A DNA stretch of 53,743 nucleotides from Actinomycetota bacterium (GTDB taxonomy: Bacteria > Actinomycetota > Acidimicrobiia > Acidimicrobiales > GCA-2861595). The position numbers and the translations under genes were made by a program. The notes beneath the pieces were generated by a model. The model ran no database searches and had not been told where the DNA came from. It saw only the letters and a list, made by a program, of their open reading frames with translations. The stretch is from positions 1 through 53,743 of the forward strand of contig JBQTJJ010000096.1 in the NCBI GenBank assembly GCA_052387235.1. The letters are read 5' to 3'. Below are positions 1 to 8,601 of this stretch, piece after piece; the first letter of the stretch is position 1; the number at the start of each line of letters is the position of its first letter.

Positions 1-352
1 GGCCCCGGTCGATGGAGTCCTGCACGGAGGCCACGATCAGGCGGTGGCCGACGCCGGTGGTGCGGCGGTCGCGGAAGGCCAGCACCTCGTCGAAGTTGTG
101 GCCGGTGTCGATGTGCATGACCGGGAACGGCAACGGGCCGGGGGCGAACGCCTTCTCGGCCAGGTGCAGCAGCACCGCCGAGTCCTTACCGCCGCTGAAC
201 AGCAGGGCCGGGCGCTCGAACTCGGCCGCCACCTCGCGCAGGATGAACACCGCCTCCGCCTCCAGGGCGTCGAGGTGGTCGGGGACCGGCCGCGTGGACG
301 CCGGCTCGAGGTCCAGCTCGTCGAGGAAGGAAAGGGGTGCCGTCGCGGTCAT
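1..352 (-). CDS. cysD: sulfate adenylyltransferase subunit 2 (CysD), N-terminal part; runs off the left window edge
   Basis: My own minus-strand translation from ATG at 352 (GGAGGG 7 nt upstream) gives [14 protein letters not shown]...[24 protein letters not shown]...[14 protein letters not shown]. This contains the SGGKDS PP-loop and HIDTGH motif of CysD. It lies directly downstream of cysH. It is absent from the ORF track because it has no stop codon in the window. Confidence 0.85.
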   Translation of the reverse strand, partial: MTATAPLSFLDELDLEPASTRPVPDHLDALEAEAVFILREVAAEFERPALLFSGGKDSAVLLHLAEKAFAPGPLPFPVMHIDTGHNFDEVLAFRDRRTTGVGHRLIVASVQDSIDRG

Positions 353-387
353 CGTGCCGCCCTCCAGGGGTTCACGGGGTCGGGGCC

Positions 388-1074
388 TCACGCATGGAGG
401 CCGCATTCGGTCTTGTCCCTGCCGGACCAGCGTCCGGCCCGGGGGTCCTCGCCCGGCGCCACCGGACGCGTGCACGGCCAGCAGCCGACGGACGGGTAGC
501 CCCGCTCGGCGAGGGGGTTCACCGGCAGGTCGTGGTCGGTGATGTAGCCGGCCACGTCGGCGTCGGTCCACGTGGCCAGGGGGTTGATCTTCACGAGGGA
601 GCGGCCCAGGTCCCACGACACCACCGGGGCGTTGGCCCGGGTGGGGGCGTCGACCCTGCGCAGGCCCGTGATCCAGGCCTGCCTGCCCTCCAGGGCCCGG
701 GCCAGCGGCTCCACCTTCCGGACGCCGCAGCAGCCCTCCACGTCGGTCTGCCACCGGTTGTCCGGCTCGACGAGGGGATGCATGATCCGCAGGTTGAGGT
801 CGTAGCGCCGGCGGACCTGCTCCACGAACCAGAGCGTCTCGGCGAAGTGGTACTGGGTGTCGAGGAACACCACCTCGATGCCGGGCGCGGCCTGCTCGGC
901 GATGTCGATGAGCACCGCGTCCTGGAACGAGCCCGCCAGCACCAGGCCCGTGCCGAACCGCTCGGCCGCCCACTTCACGGCGGCGCCGGCCGGCGCCGCC
1001 TCGAGCCGGGCCGAGACGGCGGCCAGCTCGTCCAGGTCGGGGACGGCGCCCGCGGGGATGGCGGTGCCGGTCAC
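388..1074 (-). CDS. cysH: adenosine 5'-phosphosulfate / PAPS reductase (CysH, Fe-S type)
   Basis: This is the C-terminal 228 aa of track ORF 388..2595: VTGTAIPAG...[12 protein letters not shown]...[10 protein letters not shown]...SVGCWPCT...ECGLHA. The CC...CxxC cysteines are typical of APS-reductase-type CysH. The GTG start at 1074 overlaps the sirA stop (GTGA). Confidence 0.9.
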   Translation of the reverse strand: MTGTAIPAGAVPDLDELAAVSARLEAAPAGAAVKWAAERFGTGLVLAGSFQDAVLIDIAEQAAPGIEVVFLDTQYHFAETLWFVEQVRRRYDLNLRIMHPLVEPDNRWQTDVEGCCGVRKVEPLARALEGRQAWITGLRRVDAPTRANAPVVSWDLGRSLVKINPLATWTDADVAGYITDHDLPVNPLAERGYPSVGCWPCTRPVAPGEDPRAGRWSGRDKTECGLHA

Positions 1075-2864
1075 GACCCGGCGCACTCCCCGGCCCCGAC
1101 CTCGGCCACGTAGGGCCCGGTCTCGTCGTAGTCGACGTAATAGCTGGGGTCCTCGTCGGGGAGGGGGAACACGTCGAGGTCGGCCAGCTCGGCGCCGACG
1201 GCGTCGGCGCCGCCCGAGCGGGCCAGCCAGGACGTGAACGACTCGCCCGGCTCCCGCTCGGCCGCGAAGCGCCCGACCACCCGCACGGTGGCGACGCCCG
1301 CCGCCTTGGCCGGCAGCCGCACCGCCTTGCGCCCGAACTCGATGGCCTCCAGGCCCACGTGCCCGCCGAGGAGCATCTGGTACCCGGGCGCCGGCCGCTT
1401 GTGGGCCCGGCGCTCGATGCCCACGAAGCCGATGTCGGCCACGTGGTGCTGCCCGCACGAGTTGGTGCAGCCCGAGATGTTGATGCGGACGCTGCCCACG
1501 TCGGCCAGGCCGGCCTCCTCCAGGGCGGCGCCGATGGCGTCGGCCAGGCCCCGCGACTGGGTGACGGCCAGGTTGCAGGTGTCGGCCCCGGGGCAGCTCA
1601 CCACGTCGCGCGCCAGCTCGGCGCCGGGCTCGGCCATGCCGATGGCGTCGAGGCGGGCGTGCAGCACGGGGAGCTGCTCCTCGGTGAGGTCGCGGAACAC
1701 GAAGTTCTGGCGGTTGGTGACCCGGACCTCGGCGCCGAGCTCGCGCTGGATGGCGGCGACGGCCCGGAACTGGTCCGAGGTGACGTCGCCGAGGCGTGCG
1801 TAGGCGTAGGCCGACACCGTGCCCTTGGCGTTGCCCCGCACCACGTTGGCGTCCTCCCAGCGCGTATACGGGTCGCGGGAGCGGAACACCACGTCGGTGC
1901 CCCAGCCCATGGGGGTGGGGGAGGCGGTGGAGGTGCCGGCCGGGCTGTCCCCGTGCTCGCGCACGTGGTCGGGGATGGACGGCGACCAGGTGGTGGACGC
2001 CAGCAGGAGCTTGCGCTCCTTGAGGATGCGGGTCCGCACCTGCTCGGCGCCCATGGTGTCGATCAGCCACTTCATGCGGGCCCGGAGCTTGTTGTCCCGG
2101 TTGCCGTAGTGGTCGAAGGTGCGCAGGACGGCCTCGAGGGTGGGCAGCAGGTCCTCGCGGGGGGTGAACTCCTCGAGGGCCACGGCCGGGTGGGGGTTGG
2201 CGCCCAGGCCGCCGGCGAAGAAGACCCGGAAACCGGCCTCCACGGTGCCGTCGGCGGTGGGCCGGTTGACGGCGATGACACCGATGTCGTTGAACATGGC
2301 CTGGCCGCAGTCGGTGACGCAGCCCGAGAAGTTGATCTTGAACTTGCGGGGCAGGCGCTGGGCGTAGGGGTTGCGCAGGAAGTGCCGGAAGGCGGCCTCG
2401 GCCCACGGGCTGATGTCGAGGACCTCGTAGGGGCAGGCGCCGGCCAAGTGGCAGCCGGTGACGTTGCGCACGGTGTCGCCGCACGCCTCCCGGCTGGTGA
2501 GGCCCACCACGGCCAGGTCGCGCAGCAGCGCCGGCACCCGCTCCAGCTGGACGAAGTGGAACTGGATGTTCTGGCGGGTGGTGATGTGGCCCCATCCCCG
2601 CGAGTACTCCTCGCCGATGTGGGCCATCTGCTCCAGTTGCTCGGGTCGCAGGTCGCCGTAGGGGACCTTGATCCGCACCATCTGGTTGTGGCCGCCCTGG
2701 CGCTGGCCGTAGATGCCGTTGTTGAGGCGGAAGATCCGGAACCGGTCCTCCTCCAGGTCGCCGGCCAGGTACCGGGCCAGCATGGTCTCGAACTTCTCGA
2801 TGTCGGCCAGGGCGGCCGGGCTGATGGCGCCCGGGCCCACTTCCACGTCGATGGTCTGGCTCAT
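1071..2864 (-). CDS. sirA: ferredoxin-dependent sulfite reductase (NirA/SirA family)
   Basis: Track ORF 1071..3032 was trimmed to the ATG at 2864, which has GGAGG 7 nt upstream. The sequence MSQTIDVEV...[11 protein letters not shown]...TTRQNIQFH...[15 protein letters not shown]...[14 protein letters not shown] shows nitrite/sulfite reductase 4Fe-4S/siroheme motifs. Confidence 0.9.
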   Translation of the reverse strand: MSQTIDVEVGPGAISPAALADIEKFETMLARYLAGDLEEDRFRIFRLNNGIYGQRQGGHNQMVRIKVPYGDLRPEQLEQMAHIGEEYSRGWGHITTRQNIQFHFVQLERVPALLRDLAVVGLTSREACGDTVRNVTGCHLAGACPYEVLDISPWAEAAFRHFLRNPYAQRLPRKFKINFSGCVTDCGQAMFNDIGVIAVNRPTADGTVEAGFRVFFAGGLGANPHPAVALEEFTPREDLLPTLEAVLRTFDHYGNRDNKLRARMKWLIDTMGAEQVRTRILKERKLLLASTTWSPSIPDHVREHGDSPAGTSTASPTPMGWGTDVVFRSRDPYTRWEDANVVRGNAKGTVSAYAYARLGDVTSDQFRAVAAIQRELGAEVRVTNRQNFVFRDLTEEQLPVLHARLDAIGMAEPGAELARDVVSCPGADTCNLAVTQSRGLADAIGAALEEAGLADVGSVRINISGCTNSCGQHHVADIGFVGIERRAHKRPAPGYQMLLGGHVGLEAIEFGRKAVRLPAKAAGVATVRVVGRFAAEREPGESFTSWLARSGGADAVGAELADLDVFPLPDEDPSYYVDYDETGPYVAEVGAGECAGS

Positions 2865-2960
2865 GCGGGGGCCTCCTTCCCGGGTCCGGCGTGCTCGTTT
2901 CGCAGCGAGAGCGCCGGCCGGCGTTGGCGAGCGTCTCTCATGGTACGCCGATTCGTGAGA

Positions 2961-2974
2961 AACCCGATCGGATT
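2961..2974. promoter_or_regulatory. candidate operator half of a pair: AACCCGATCGGATT (near-palindrome)
   Basis: It lies in the relatively AT-rich 245-bp divergent sirA/subI intergenic region. It shares the CCGATCGGATT core with the site at 3031-3043, with centres 69 bp apart. Confidence 0.45.
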
Positions 2975-3030
2975 CCTCAACATTCTGGCCGGGGACGGCC
3001 CGGGGCCGCCAGTCCGACGATACCTGACTC

Positions 3031-3043
3031 ATCCGATCGGATT
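3031..3043. promoter_or_regulatory. candidate operator: ATCCGATCGGAT(T), a perfect 12-bp palindrome
   Basis: ATCCGATCGGAT equals its own reverse complement. It sits just upstream of a possible subI promoter (TTGTGT-N18-TACCGT). Confidence 0.45.
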
Positions 3044-3109
3044 TGTGTTGAAAGGGCGGCGGCGGCTACCGTTCCTTTGGCAACCGAATCAGTTGGAAAG
3101 GGAAGGCAC

Positions 3110-4141
3110 GTGGAGCACGCGACGAGAGGCGGGTCCGTGGCGGTGGTCCTCCTGGCCCTGGTCCTGGCCGCCTGCGGGGGTGGCGGCGGGAACGGCGACG
3201 CCGGGCCCGCCGCCGACGGCGCCGGCCTCCCGGCCGCCGAGCTCACCCTGGTGGCGTACTCCACGCCCCAGGAGGCCTACGACGAGATCATCGAAGCCTT
3301 CCGGGACACGCCGGCTGGCAGGAACATCACCTTCACGAAGTCCTACGGCGCCTCGGGCGAGCAGAGCCGGGCCGTGGCGTCGGGCCTGGCCGCCGACGTG
3401 GTGGCCTTCTCCCTGGAGCCGGACATGACCCGGCTGGTGAAGGCGGGCCTGGTGGCCGGGGACTGGGCCGCGGGCGAGCACGAGGGCATGGTCACCGACT
3501 CGCTCGCCGTGTTCGTGGTGCGCAAGGGCAACCCCAAGGGCATCGAGACCTGGGCCGACCTGGTGGAGGACGGCGTGGAGGTCATCACCCCCAACCCGTT
3601 CACGTCGGGCGGGGCCCGCTGGAACGTGATGGCCGCCTACGGCCAGGCCAGCAGGGTGGGCACGGCCCACGACGACGGCGTGGCCTACCTGCACGACCTG
3701 TTCGGCAACGTCCCGGTCCAGGACGACACGGCCCGCAAGTCCCTGCAGACCTTCACGTCCGGCAAGGGGGACGTGCTGCTCGCCTACGAGAACGAGGCCA
3801 TCTTCGCCCAGCAGAAGGGCCAGGCCATCGACTACGTGGTCCCCGACGACACCATCCTGATCGAGAACCCGGTGGCCGTCACCTCCTCCAGCAAGCACCC
3901 CGAGCAGGCCCGGGCCTTCGTCGAGTTCCTCTACGGCGCCAAGGCCCAGGGCATCTTCGCCGCCAACGGCTACCGGCCCGTGGTGGCCGGCGTGGACGGC
4001 GCCCGGGAGTTCGAACAGCCGTCCGGCGTGTTCGACATCGAGAAGCTGGGCGGGTGGGCCGAGGTGACGAGGCGCTTCTTCGACCCGGCCGCCGGCGTGA
4101 TGGCCGAGGTGGAGCGCAAGATCGGCGTGTCGGTTGGCTAG
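3110..4141 (+). CDS. subI: sulfate/thiosulfate ABC transporter substrate-binding lipoprotein
   Basis: Track ORF 2891..4141 was trimmed to the GTG at 3110, which follows GGAAAGGGAAGG. A lipobox is present (LVLAACGG). The sequence TLVAYSTPQEAY...SGEQSRAV...TPNPFTSGGARWN is typical of the Sbp/CysP family. Confidence 0.85.
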   Translation: MEHATRGGSVAVVLLALVLAACGGGGGNGDAGPAADGAGLPAAELTLVAYSTPQEAYDEIIEAFRDTPAGRNITFTKSYGASGEQSRAVASGLAADVVAFSLEPDMTRLVKAGLVAGDWAAGEHEGMVTDSLAVFVVRKGNPKGIETWADLVEDGVEVITPNPFTSGGARWNVMAAYGQASRVGTAHDDGVAYLHDLFGNVPVQDDTARKSLQTFTSGKGDVLLAYENEAIFAQQKGQAIDYVVPDDTILIENPVAVTSSSKHPEQARAFVEFLYGAKAQGIFAANGYRPVVAGVDGAREFEQPSGVFDIEKLGGWAEVTRRFFDPAAGVMAEVERKIGVSVG

Positions 4142-4982
4142 CGCGGTCCCGGTCGCGCTGGGCGGCGGTTCCCGGGCCGGAGGGAGGGGGGGCCTGGCCG
4201 GTCTGAACCGGGGGTCCCTGCTCGGCACCGGGCTGGCCACCCTGTGGCTCAGCCTGCTGGTCCTCATCCCGCTCGGGGCGGTGGTGTGGCGGGCCAGGGA
4301 GGACGGCGCCGGCCGGTTCTGGGACGCCGTCACCGCGCCCGAGGCGGCCGCCGCCATCCGCCTCACGGTGGGCGCCTCGGCCCTGGTGGCCCTGGTGAAC
4401 GTGGTGTTCGGCACCCTCATCGCCTGGGTCCTCGTGCGCGACGAGTTCCGGGGCAAGCGGGTGGTGGAGGCGCTGATCGACCTGCCCTTCGCGCTGCCCA
4501 CCATCGTGGCCGGCCTGGTGCTGCTGGCCCTCTACGGCAACGACAGCCCGGTGGGCCTGAACCTGGCCTACACCCGGGCCGGCGTGGTGGTGGCCCTCCT
4601 GTTCGTCACCCTGCCCTTCGTGGTCCGCACCGTGCAGCCCGTGCTGCTCGAGTTCGACCGGGACATGGAGGAGGCTGCCGCCTCGCTCGGCGCCGGCCGG
4701 CTCACCGTGTTCCGCCGCATCGTGCTCCCCAACCTGCTGCCCGCCATCTCGGCCGGAACCGCCCTGGCTTTCGCCCGGGCCATCAGCGAGTTCGGCTCCA
4801 CCGTGCTGATCTCCGGCAACCTGCCCTTCAAGACCCAGGTGGCGGCCGTGCACATCTTCGGCCAGATCGAGACCGACAACACCACCGGCGCGGCGGCGGT
4901 GGCCACCGTGCTCCTCGTCGTGGCCCTCGTCGTCCTGGTCGGCCTCGACCTGCTCCAGCGCTGGGCCGCCCGCCGTGCGTGA
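4134..4982 (+). CDS. cysT: sulfate ABC transporter permease CysT
   Basis: Track ORF with multiple TM segments. It carries the ABC permease EAA-like motif EEAAASLGAGRLTVFRRIVLPN. The start (TTG at 4134) is uncertain. Confidence 0.85.
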   Translation: MASAVPVALGGGSRAGGRGGLAGLNRGSLLGTGLATLWLSLLVLIPLGAVVWRAREDGAGRFWDAVTAPEAAAAIRLTVGASALVALVNVVFGTLIAWVLVRDEFRGKRVVEALIDLPFALPTIVAGLVLLALYGNDSPVGLNLAYTRAGVVVALLFVTLPFVVRTVQPVLLEFDRDMEEAAASLGAGRLTVFRRIVLPNLLPAISAGTALAFARAISEFGSTVLISGNLPFKTQVAAVHIFGQIETDNTTGAAAVATVLLVVALVVLVGLDLLQRWAARRA

Positions 4983-5781
4983 GCGGACCTCCACCAGGCT
5001 GGGCTTGCGGGTGGTGGCCCTCGCCTACCTGGCCTTCCTCCTCGTCCTGCCCGTCGGCCTGGTGGGGTGGCGGACCTTCGAGGGCGGCCTGGGCCCGGTG
5101 CTCGACGCGCTGGGCGACCCCTCCGTCCTCCACGCCTTCCGGGTCACGGCCGTCGTGGCGTTCTGGACGGTCGTGCTGAACACCGTGTTCGGGGTGGGTG
5201 TGGCCGTGCTGCTGGTCCGCCATCGCTTCCCCGGCCACCGCGTCCTGAGCGCACTGATCGACCTGCCCCTCGCCGTCTCGCCCGTGGTGGTGGGCCTGGC
5301 CCTCATCCTGGTCTACGGCCGCTACGCCCCCGTCGGCGGGTGGCTGGACGACCAGGGCATCCAGGTCGTGTTCGCCCTGCCGGCCATGGTGCTGGCCACC
5401 GTGTTCGTCTCCCTGCCGCTGGTGGTGCGGGAGGTGGCGCCCGTGCTGGAGGAGATCGGCATCGAGCAGGAGCAGGCGGCGTGGACCCTGGGCGCCGGCC
5501 GGTTCCAGACCTTCCGCCGCATCACCCTCCCCGCCATCCGCTGGGCCCTGCTCTACGGCGTGGTGCTCACCCTGGCCCGGGCCATGGGCGAGTACGGTGC
5601 CGTGGCGGTGGTGTCCGGCCGGCTGGTGGACAAGACCCAGACGGTGACACTCGTGGTGGAGGAGCGCTTCCAGAACTTCGACCAGACCACCGCCTACGCC
5701 GCCTCGGTCGCCCTCGCCGCCGTCGCCGTCGTCATCCTGGTGGTCATCAGCCTCGTCCGCCCCGAGGGGAGAGAGCGATGA
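4975..5781 (+). CDS. cysW: sulfate ABC transporter permease CysW
   Basis: Track ORF with the motif EQEQAAWTLGAGRFQTFRRITLPA. The GTG start overlaps the end of cysT by 8 nt. Confidence 0.85.
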   Translation: MRERTSTRLGLRVVALAYLAFLLVLPVGLVGWRTFEGGLGPVLDALGDPSVLHAFRVTAVVAFWTVVLNTVFGVGVAVLLVRHRFPGHRVLSALIDLPLAVSPVVVGLALILVYGRYAPVGGWLDDQGIQVVFALPAMVLATVFVSLPLVVREVAPVLEEIGIEQEQAAWTLGAGRFQTFRRITLPAIRWALLYGVVLTLARAMGEYGAVAVVSGRLVDKTQTVTLVVEERFQNFDQTTAYAASVALAAVAVVILVVISLVRPEGRER

Positions 5782-5865
5782 CGGCGCCGGATGGGGCTGG
5801 GGTCCCCATCTCGGCGAGGAGGCCGGGGTTGGGGCCCCGGCCGGGGAGAGAGCGATGAGACCCTC

Positions 5866-6828
5866 ATGAGCATCCGGGCAGCGCATGTCACCAAGCGGTT
5901 CGGCGACTTCGTGGCCCTCGACGACGTGTCGGTGGACATCCCCACCGGCTCGCTGACGGCCCTGCTGGGACCGAGCGGGGGAGGGAAGTCCACCCTGCTG
6001 CGCATCATCGCCGGCCTGGAGCACCCCGACGAGGGGTCGGTGGAGATCGCGGGCGAGGACTCCACCGAGCTGCCGCCCCAGCGCCGCAACGTGGGCTTCG
6101 TGTTCCAGCACTACGCCGCCTTCAAGCACCTCAACGTCCGTCGCAACGTGGCCTTCGGGCTCGAGATCCGCAAGCGCCCCAAGGACGAGGTGCGCCGGCG
6201 GGTGGACGAGCTGCTCGAGCTGGTGCACCTCGAGCAGTTCGCCGACCGGCTCCCGTCCCAGCTGTCGGGCGGGCAGCGCCAGCGGATGGCCCTGGCCCGG
6301 GCCCTGGCCGTGGAGCCCAGCGTCATGCTGCTGGACGAGCCCTTCGGCGCCCTCGACGCCCAGGTCCGCAAGGAGCTGCGGGACTGGCTGCGCCGCCTGC
6401 ACGACGAGGTCCACGTCACCACCGTGTTCGTCACCCACGACCAGGAGGAGGCCATGGACGTGGCCGACGAGATCGTGGTGATCAACAACGGCGTGGTGGA
6501 GCAGTCCGGCTCCCCCGACGACCTCTACGACCGGCCCGCCAACGACTTCGTGATGAGCTTCCTCGGCCCCGTGACCCGGCTGAACGGCGCCCTGGTGCGC
6601 CCGCACGACCTCGAGGTCTTCACCGCGCCCGACACCGGCACGGTGCCGGCCCGGGTGGAGCGGCTCGTGCGGCTCGGCTTCGAGGTCCGGGCCGACCTGG
6701 TGGCCGGCGGCGAGGAGCTGTGGGTGCAGCTCACGCGCGGGGAGGCCGACCGCCTCCGCCTGGTGCCGGGCACCGAGATCCACCTCCGGGCCATGGTCCC
6801 CCCATCCGTGCCGGCCCCGGCCCGCTGA
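5866..6828 (+). CDS. cysA: sulfate ABC transporter ATP-binding protein CysA
   Basis: Track ORF 5791..6828 was trimmed to the ATG at 5866 ([13 protein letters not shown]). It has Walker [10 protein letters not shown], the signature [15 protein letters not shown] and Walker B MLLDEPF. Confidence 0.9.
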   Translation: MSIRAAHVTKRFGDFVALDDVSVDIPTGSLTALLGPSGGGKSTLLRIIAGLEHPDEGSVEIAGEDSTELPPQRRNVGFVFQHYAAFKHLNVRRNVAFGLEIRKRPKDEVRRRVDELLELVHLEQFADRLPSQLSGGQRQRMALARALAVEPSVMLLDEPFGALDAQVRKELRDWLRRLHDEVHVTTVFVTHDQEEAMDVADEIVVINNGVVEQSGSPDDLYDRPANDFVMSFLGPVTRLNGALVRPHDLEVFTAPDTGTVPARVERLVRLGFEVRADLVAGGEELWVQLTRGEADRLRLVPGTEIHLRAMVPPSVPAPAR

Positions 6829-6832
6829 GCCG

Positions 6833-7312
6833 GTGCGGGTCTCGGCCAGGGTCGACTACGCGGTGCGGGCGCTGGCCGAGCTGGCTGCGGCCGGCGAGGG
6901 CCCCGTGAAGGGCGACGCCATCGCCACCCGCCAGGGCGTGCCCGTCAACTTCCTGGAGAACATCCTGGCCGACCTGCGCCGGGCCGGGATCGTCGCCAGC
7001 CAGCGGGGAGCGGTGGGGGGCTACTGGCTGGCGGTGCCGGCCGGGAGCGTGACGGTGGCCGACGTCATCCGCACCGTGGAGGGTCCGCTGGCCGACGTGC
7101 GGGGCGAGGCCCTGGAGGACCTCGACTACCCGGGCCCGGCCGAGTCGCTCCGGGCCGTCTGGGTCGCCACCCGGGCCAGCCTGCGGGCCGTGCTCGAGCA
7201 GGTCACCATCGCCGACGTCGCCGCCGGCCGGCTGCCCGACGTGGTGCAGCGCCTGACCGCCACCGACGACGCCTGGGTCCGCCGCCGGGAGAGCCCGACC
7301 CCCAGGAGCTAG
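6833..7312 (+). CDS. Rrf2-family transcriptional regulator (no cysteines, CymR-like)
   Basis: MRVSARVDYAVRALAELA...FLENILADLRRAGIVASQRGAVGGYWLA is the Rrf2 winged-helix signature. The 159-aa protein contains no Cys at all. It starts 4 nt after cysA. Confidence 0.85.
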   Translation: MRVSARVDYAVRALAELAAAGEGPVKGDAIATRQGVPVNFLENILADLRRAGIVASQRGAVGGYWLAVPAGSVTVADVIRTVEGPLADVRGEALEDLDYPGPAESLRAVWVATRASLRAVLEQVTIADVAAGRLPDVVQRLTATDDAWVRRRESPTPRS

Positions 7313-7437
7313 GACCCGCTCCGGCGGGGAGGCCGGACGCCCGCGGGACGGCGCCGGATGCCGGAAACGGATCCACACCGGAGGGCCGGGCGCCACGAGC
7401 AGTTCGGGCCCGACTGAGCGGAATCTCCCCCGCGCGC

Positions 7438-7466
7438 TCAAGTTCCGGGCGCCGGCGCGCCGAAAC
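7438..7466 (+). promoter_or_regulatory. candidate sigma-28 (FliA/WhiG)-type promoter TCAAGTTC-N13-GCCGAAAC
   Basis: It resembles TAAAGTTT-N11-GCCGATAA. The same motif recurs at 39392-39419, upstream of the second riboswitch. Confidence 0.4.
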
Positions 7467-7473
7467 ACTTCCC

Positions 7474-7580
7474 AACGGAACACCCACGAAACGGCAAAGC
7501 CGGGGAAACCCGGTGACGCAAAGCCACGGACCTCACGGAGCTTCACCGCTCGCAAGGCAGCCGGGCTACCGAACGGGGGC
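7474..7580 (+). promoter_or_regulatory. c-di-GMP-I (GEMM-I) riboswitch aptamer
   Basis: The sequence reads ACGGCAAAGCC-GGG-GAAA-CCC-GGU-GACGCAAAGCCACGG...CAGCCGGGCUACCGAACG. This matches the remembered GEMM-I core (GGCAAACC, a GNRA-capped stem, GGGACGCAAAGCC, ...AGCGGGGUUACCGA of Vc2). Confidence 0.8.
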
Positions 7581-7584
7581 GCAG

Positions 7585-7628
7585 TTGCCTCCCAGTGGGC
7601 TGGATGGCGGAAACGCCTGGGGAGGCAA
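7585..7628 (+). promoter_or_regulatory. Shine-Dalgarno-sequestering hairpin (expression platform)
   Basis: TTGCCTCCC (7585-7593) is the exact reverse complement of GGGAGGCAA (7620-7628). The latter contains the RBS of the ATG at 7634. An inner GGCG-GAAA-CGCC stem-loop lies at 7606-7617. Confidence 0.6.
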
Positions 7629-7633
7629 TTTCG

Positions 7634-8485
7634 ATGGCACGTGCCCGCAAGGTCCTCGGTTCGATCGTCGTGGCCCTGCTCGCTCTCACCGTCGTCCTGG
7701 CGCAGCCCGCCTCGGCCGACGACGCCGGCGACGAGGGTGCCTTCCTCGTCAAGCTGAACGACCTGCGGGCCTCCAAGGGCCTCGGCAGCCTCGCCCCCAA
7801 CGGCGCGCTCACCTCCGTGGCCCGGACCTGGTCGGCCGGCATGGCCGCCGCCGGCTCGATCTCCCACAACCAGAACCTGGCCGCCCAGGCCCCGTCGGAG
7901 TGGGCCCGGCTGGGTGAGAACGTGGGCATGGGCATGGACGTCCAGGGCCTGCACGACGCCTTCGTGAACAGCCCCGCCCACTACAAGAACATGGTCGACG
8001 GCGCCTTCACCTCGGTCGGCATCGGCGTGGTCCGCGACGGCGGCGGCAAGATCTTCGTCACCGTCAACTTCATGACCTCCAAGGCTGCGCCGGCCCCCGC
8101 GCCGGCCCCCGCCCCCGTCGCCCAGGCCGCGCCGGCCCCCGCTCCGGCCCCCGCCCCCGCCCCCGCCCCGGCGCCGGCCCGCCCCGCCCCCGTCGCGGCC
8201 CCGGCCCCCGTCCCCGCCGCACCGGCTCCGGTGGAGCCCGTGGCCGAGCCGGCCCCCGCCGCCGCCCCCGTGGCCGCCGAGCCGGCCCCGGTGGCCCCGG
8301 CCGCCGCCCCGGTCACGTCGCCGGCCCGCCGCACCGCCATGGTGACCCCGGCCGCCTCGACCGACGGCTCCCCCCGGACGGCCCTCGCCCTGGTGGGCCT
8401 CGGCCTGGTCCTCACGATGCTGGCCTCCGGCCTGGTGATCCCCCGCCGCCGCCGGGCCCAGGCGCCCGCCCTGGCCCGCCGGTAG
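7634..8485 (+). CDS. secreted, membrane-anchored CAP/SCP (PR-1-like) domain protein with Pro/Ala-rich linker
   Basis: Track ORF 7595..8485 was trimmed to the ATG at 7634. It has a signal peptide (LLALTVVLAQPASA). CAP-like motifs are present (LNDLRASKGL...SHNQNL...GENVGMG...NSPAHYKNM). A PA-rich linker follows, then a C-terminal TM segment and RRRR. Confidence 0.75.
   Translation: MARARKVLGSIVVALLALTVVLAQPASADDAGDEGAFLVKLNDLRASKGLGSLAPNGALTSVARTWSAGMAAAGSISHNQNLAAQAPSEWARLGENVGMGMDVQGLHDAFVNSPAHYKNMVDGAFTSVGIGVVRDGGGKIFVTVNFMTSKAAPAPAPAPAPVAQAAPAPAPAPAPAPAPAPARPAPVAAPAPVPAAPAPVEPVAEPAPAAAPVAAEPAPVAPAAAPVTSPARRTAMVTPAASTDGSPRTALALVGLGLVLTMLASGLVIPRRRRAQAPALARR
8084..8322 (+). repeat. low-complexity coding repeat (Pro-Ala linker, GCC/CCC/GCG-rich)
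   Basis: It translates to [36 protein letters not shown]... and lies inside the CAP-domain gene. Confidence 0.8.
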
Positions 8486-8540
8486 CGCTCTCGGGCCCGG
8501 ACGCCCCGGCGCCCAGGAACCCCCGCTCCGGCGGGGTGAC

Positions 8541-8584
8541 GACGAAGGCAGCCACCCCACCGAGCGGGGCGGTTGCCTTCCGTC
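8541..8584. terminator. imperfect hairpin between convergent genes (probable bidirectional terminator)
   Basis: GACGAAGGCAGCCACCCC pairs with GGGGCGGTTGCCTTCCGTC across a 7-nt loop, with one bulge and two non-canonical pairs. There is no U-tract. Confidence 0.4.
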
Positions 8585-8601
8585 GCGTCCGGGCCCCTGC
8601 G

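Noticed and set aside
388-2595. Very long alternate-frame or antisense ORFs in the track, e.g. 388..2595(-), 1359..3428(+), 6731..9280(-), 12606..16091(+), 12988..16737(-), 16945..21018(-), 19371..23837(+), 41375..42847(-).
   Set aside because: Their translations are Arg/Pro/Gly/Ala-rich low-complexity strings typical of wrong frames in DNA of about 70% GC. Each overlaps a frame with clear family motifs (sirA, cysH, the OsaC-like gene, the giant surface protein, valS and others). Only the motif-bearing frame was called.
7474-7580. I first considered that the two conserved leaders (7.5 kb and 39.4 kb) were ydaO/c-di-AMP riboswitches, which are common upstream of actinobacterial cell-wall genes.
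   Set aside because: They lack the ydaO hallmarks I remember (ACGGGGA.., CCGAAUCC, CAGCUAACCUCGUAAGCG). They do match the GEMM-I core (GGCAAACC, GNRA stem, GACGCAAAGCC, GGGCUACCGA).
8084-8322. The highly repetitive GCCCCCGC-type stretch might have been a tandem DNA repeat or array.
   Set aside because: It is in frame and simply encodes the Pro-Ala linker of the CAP-domain protein. It has no regular unit or spacer organisation.
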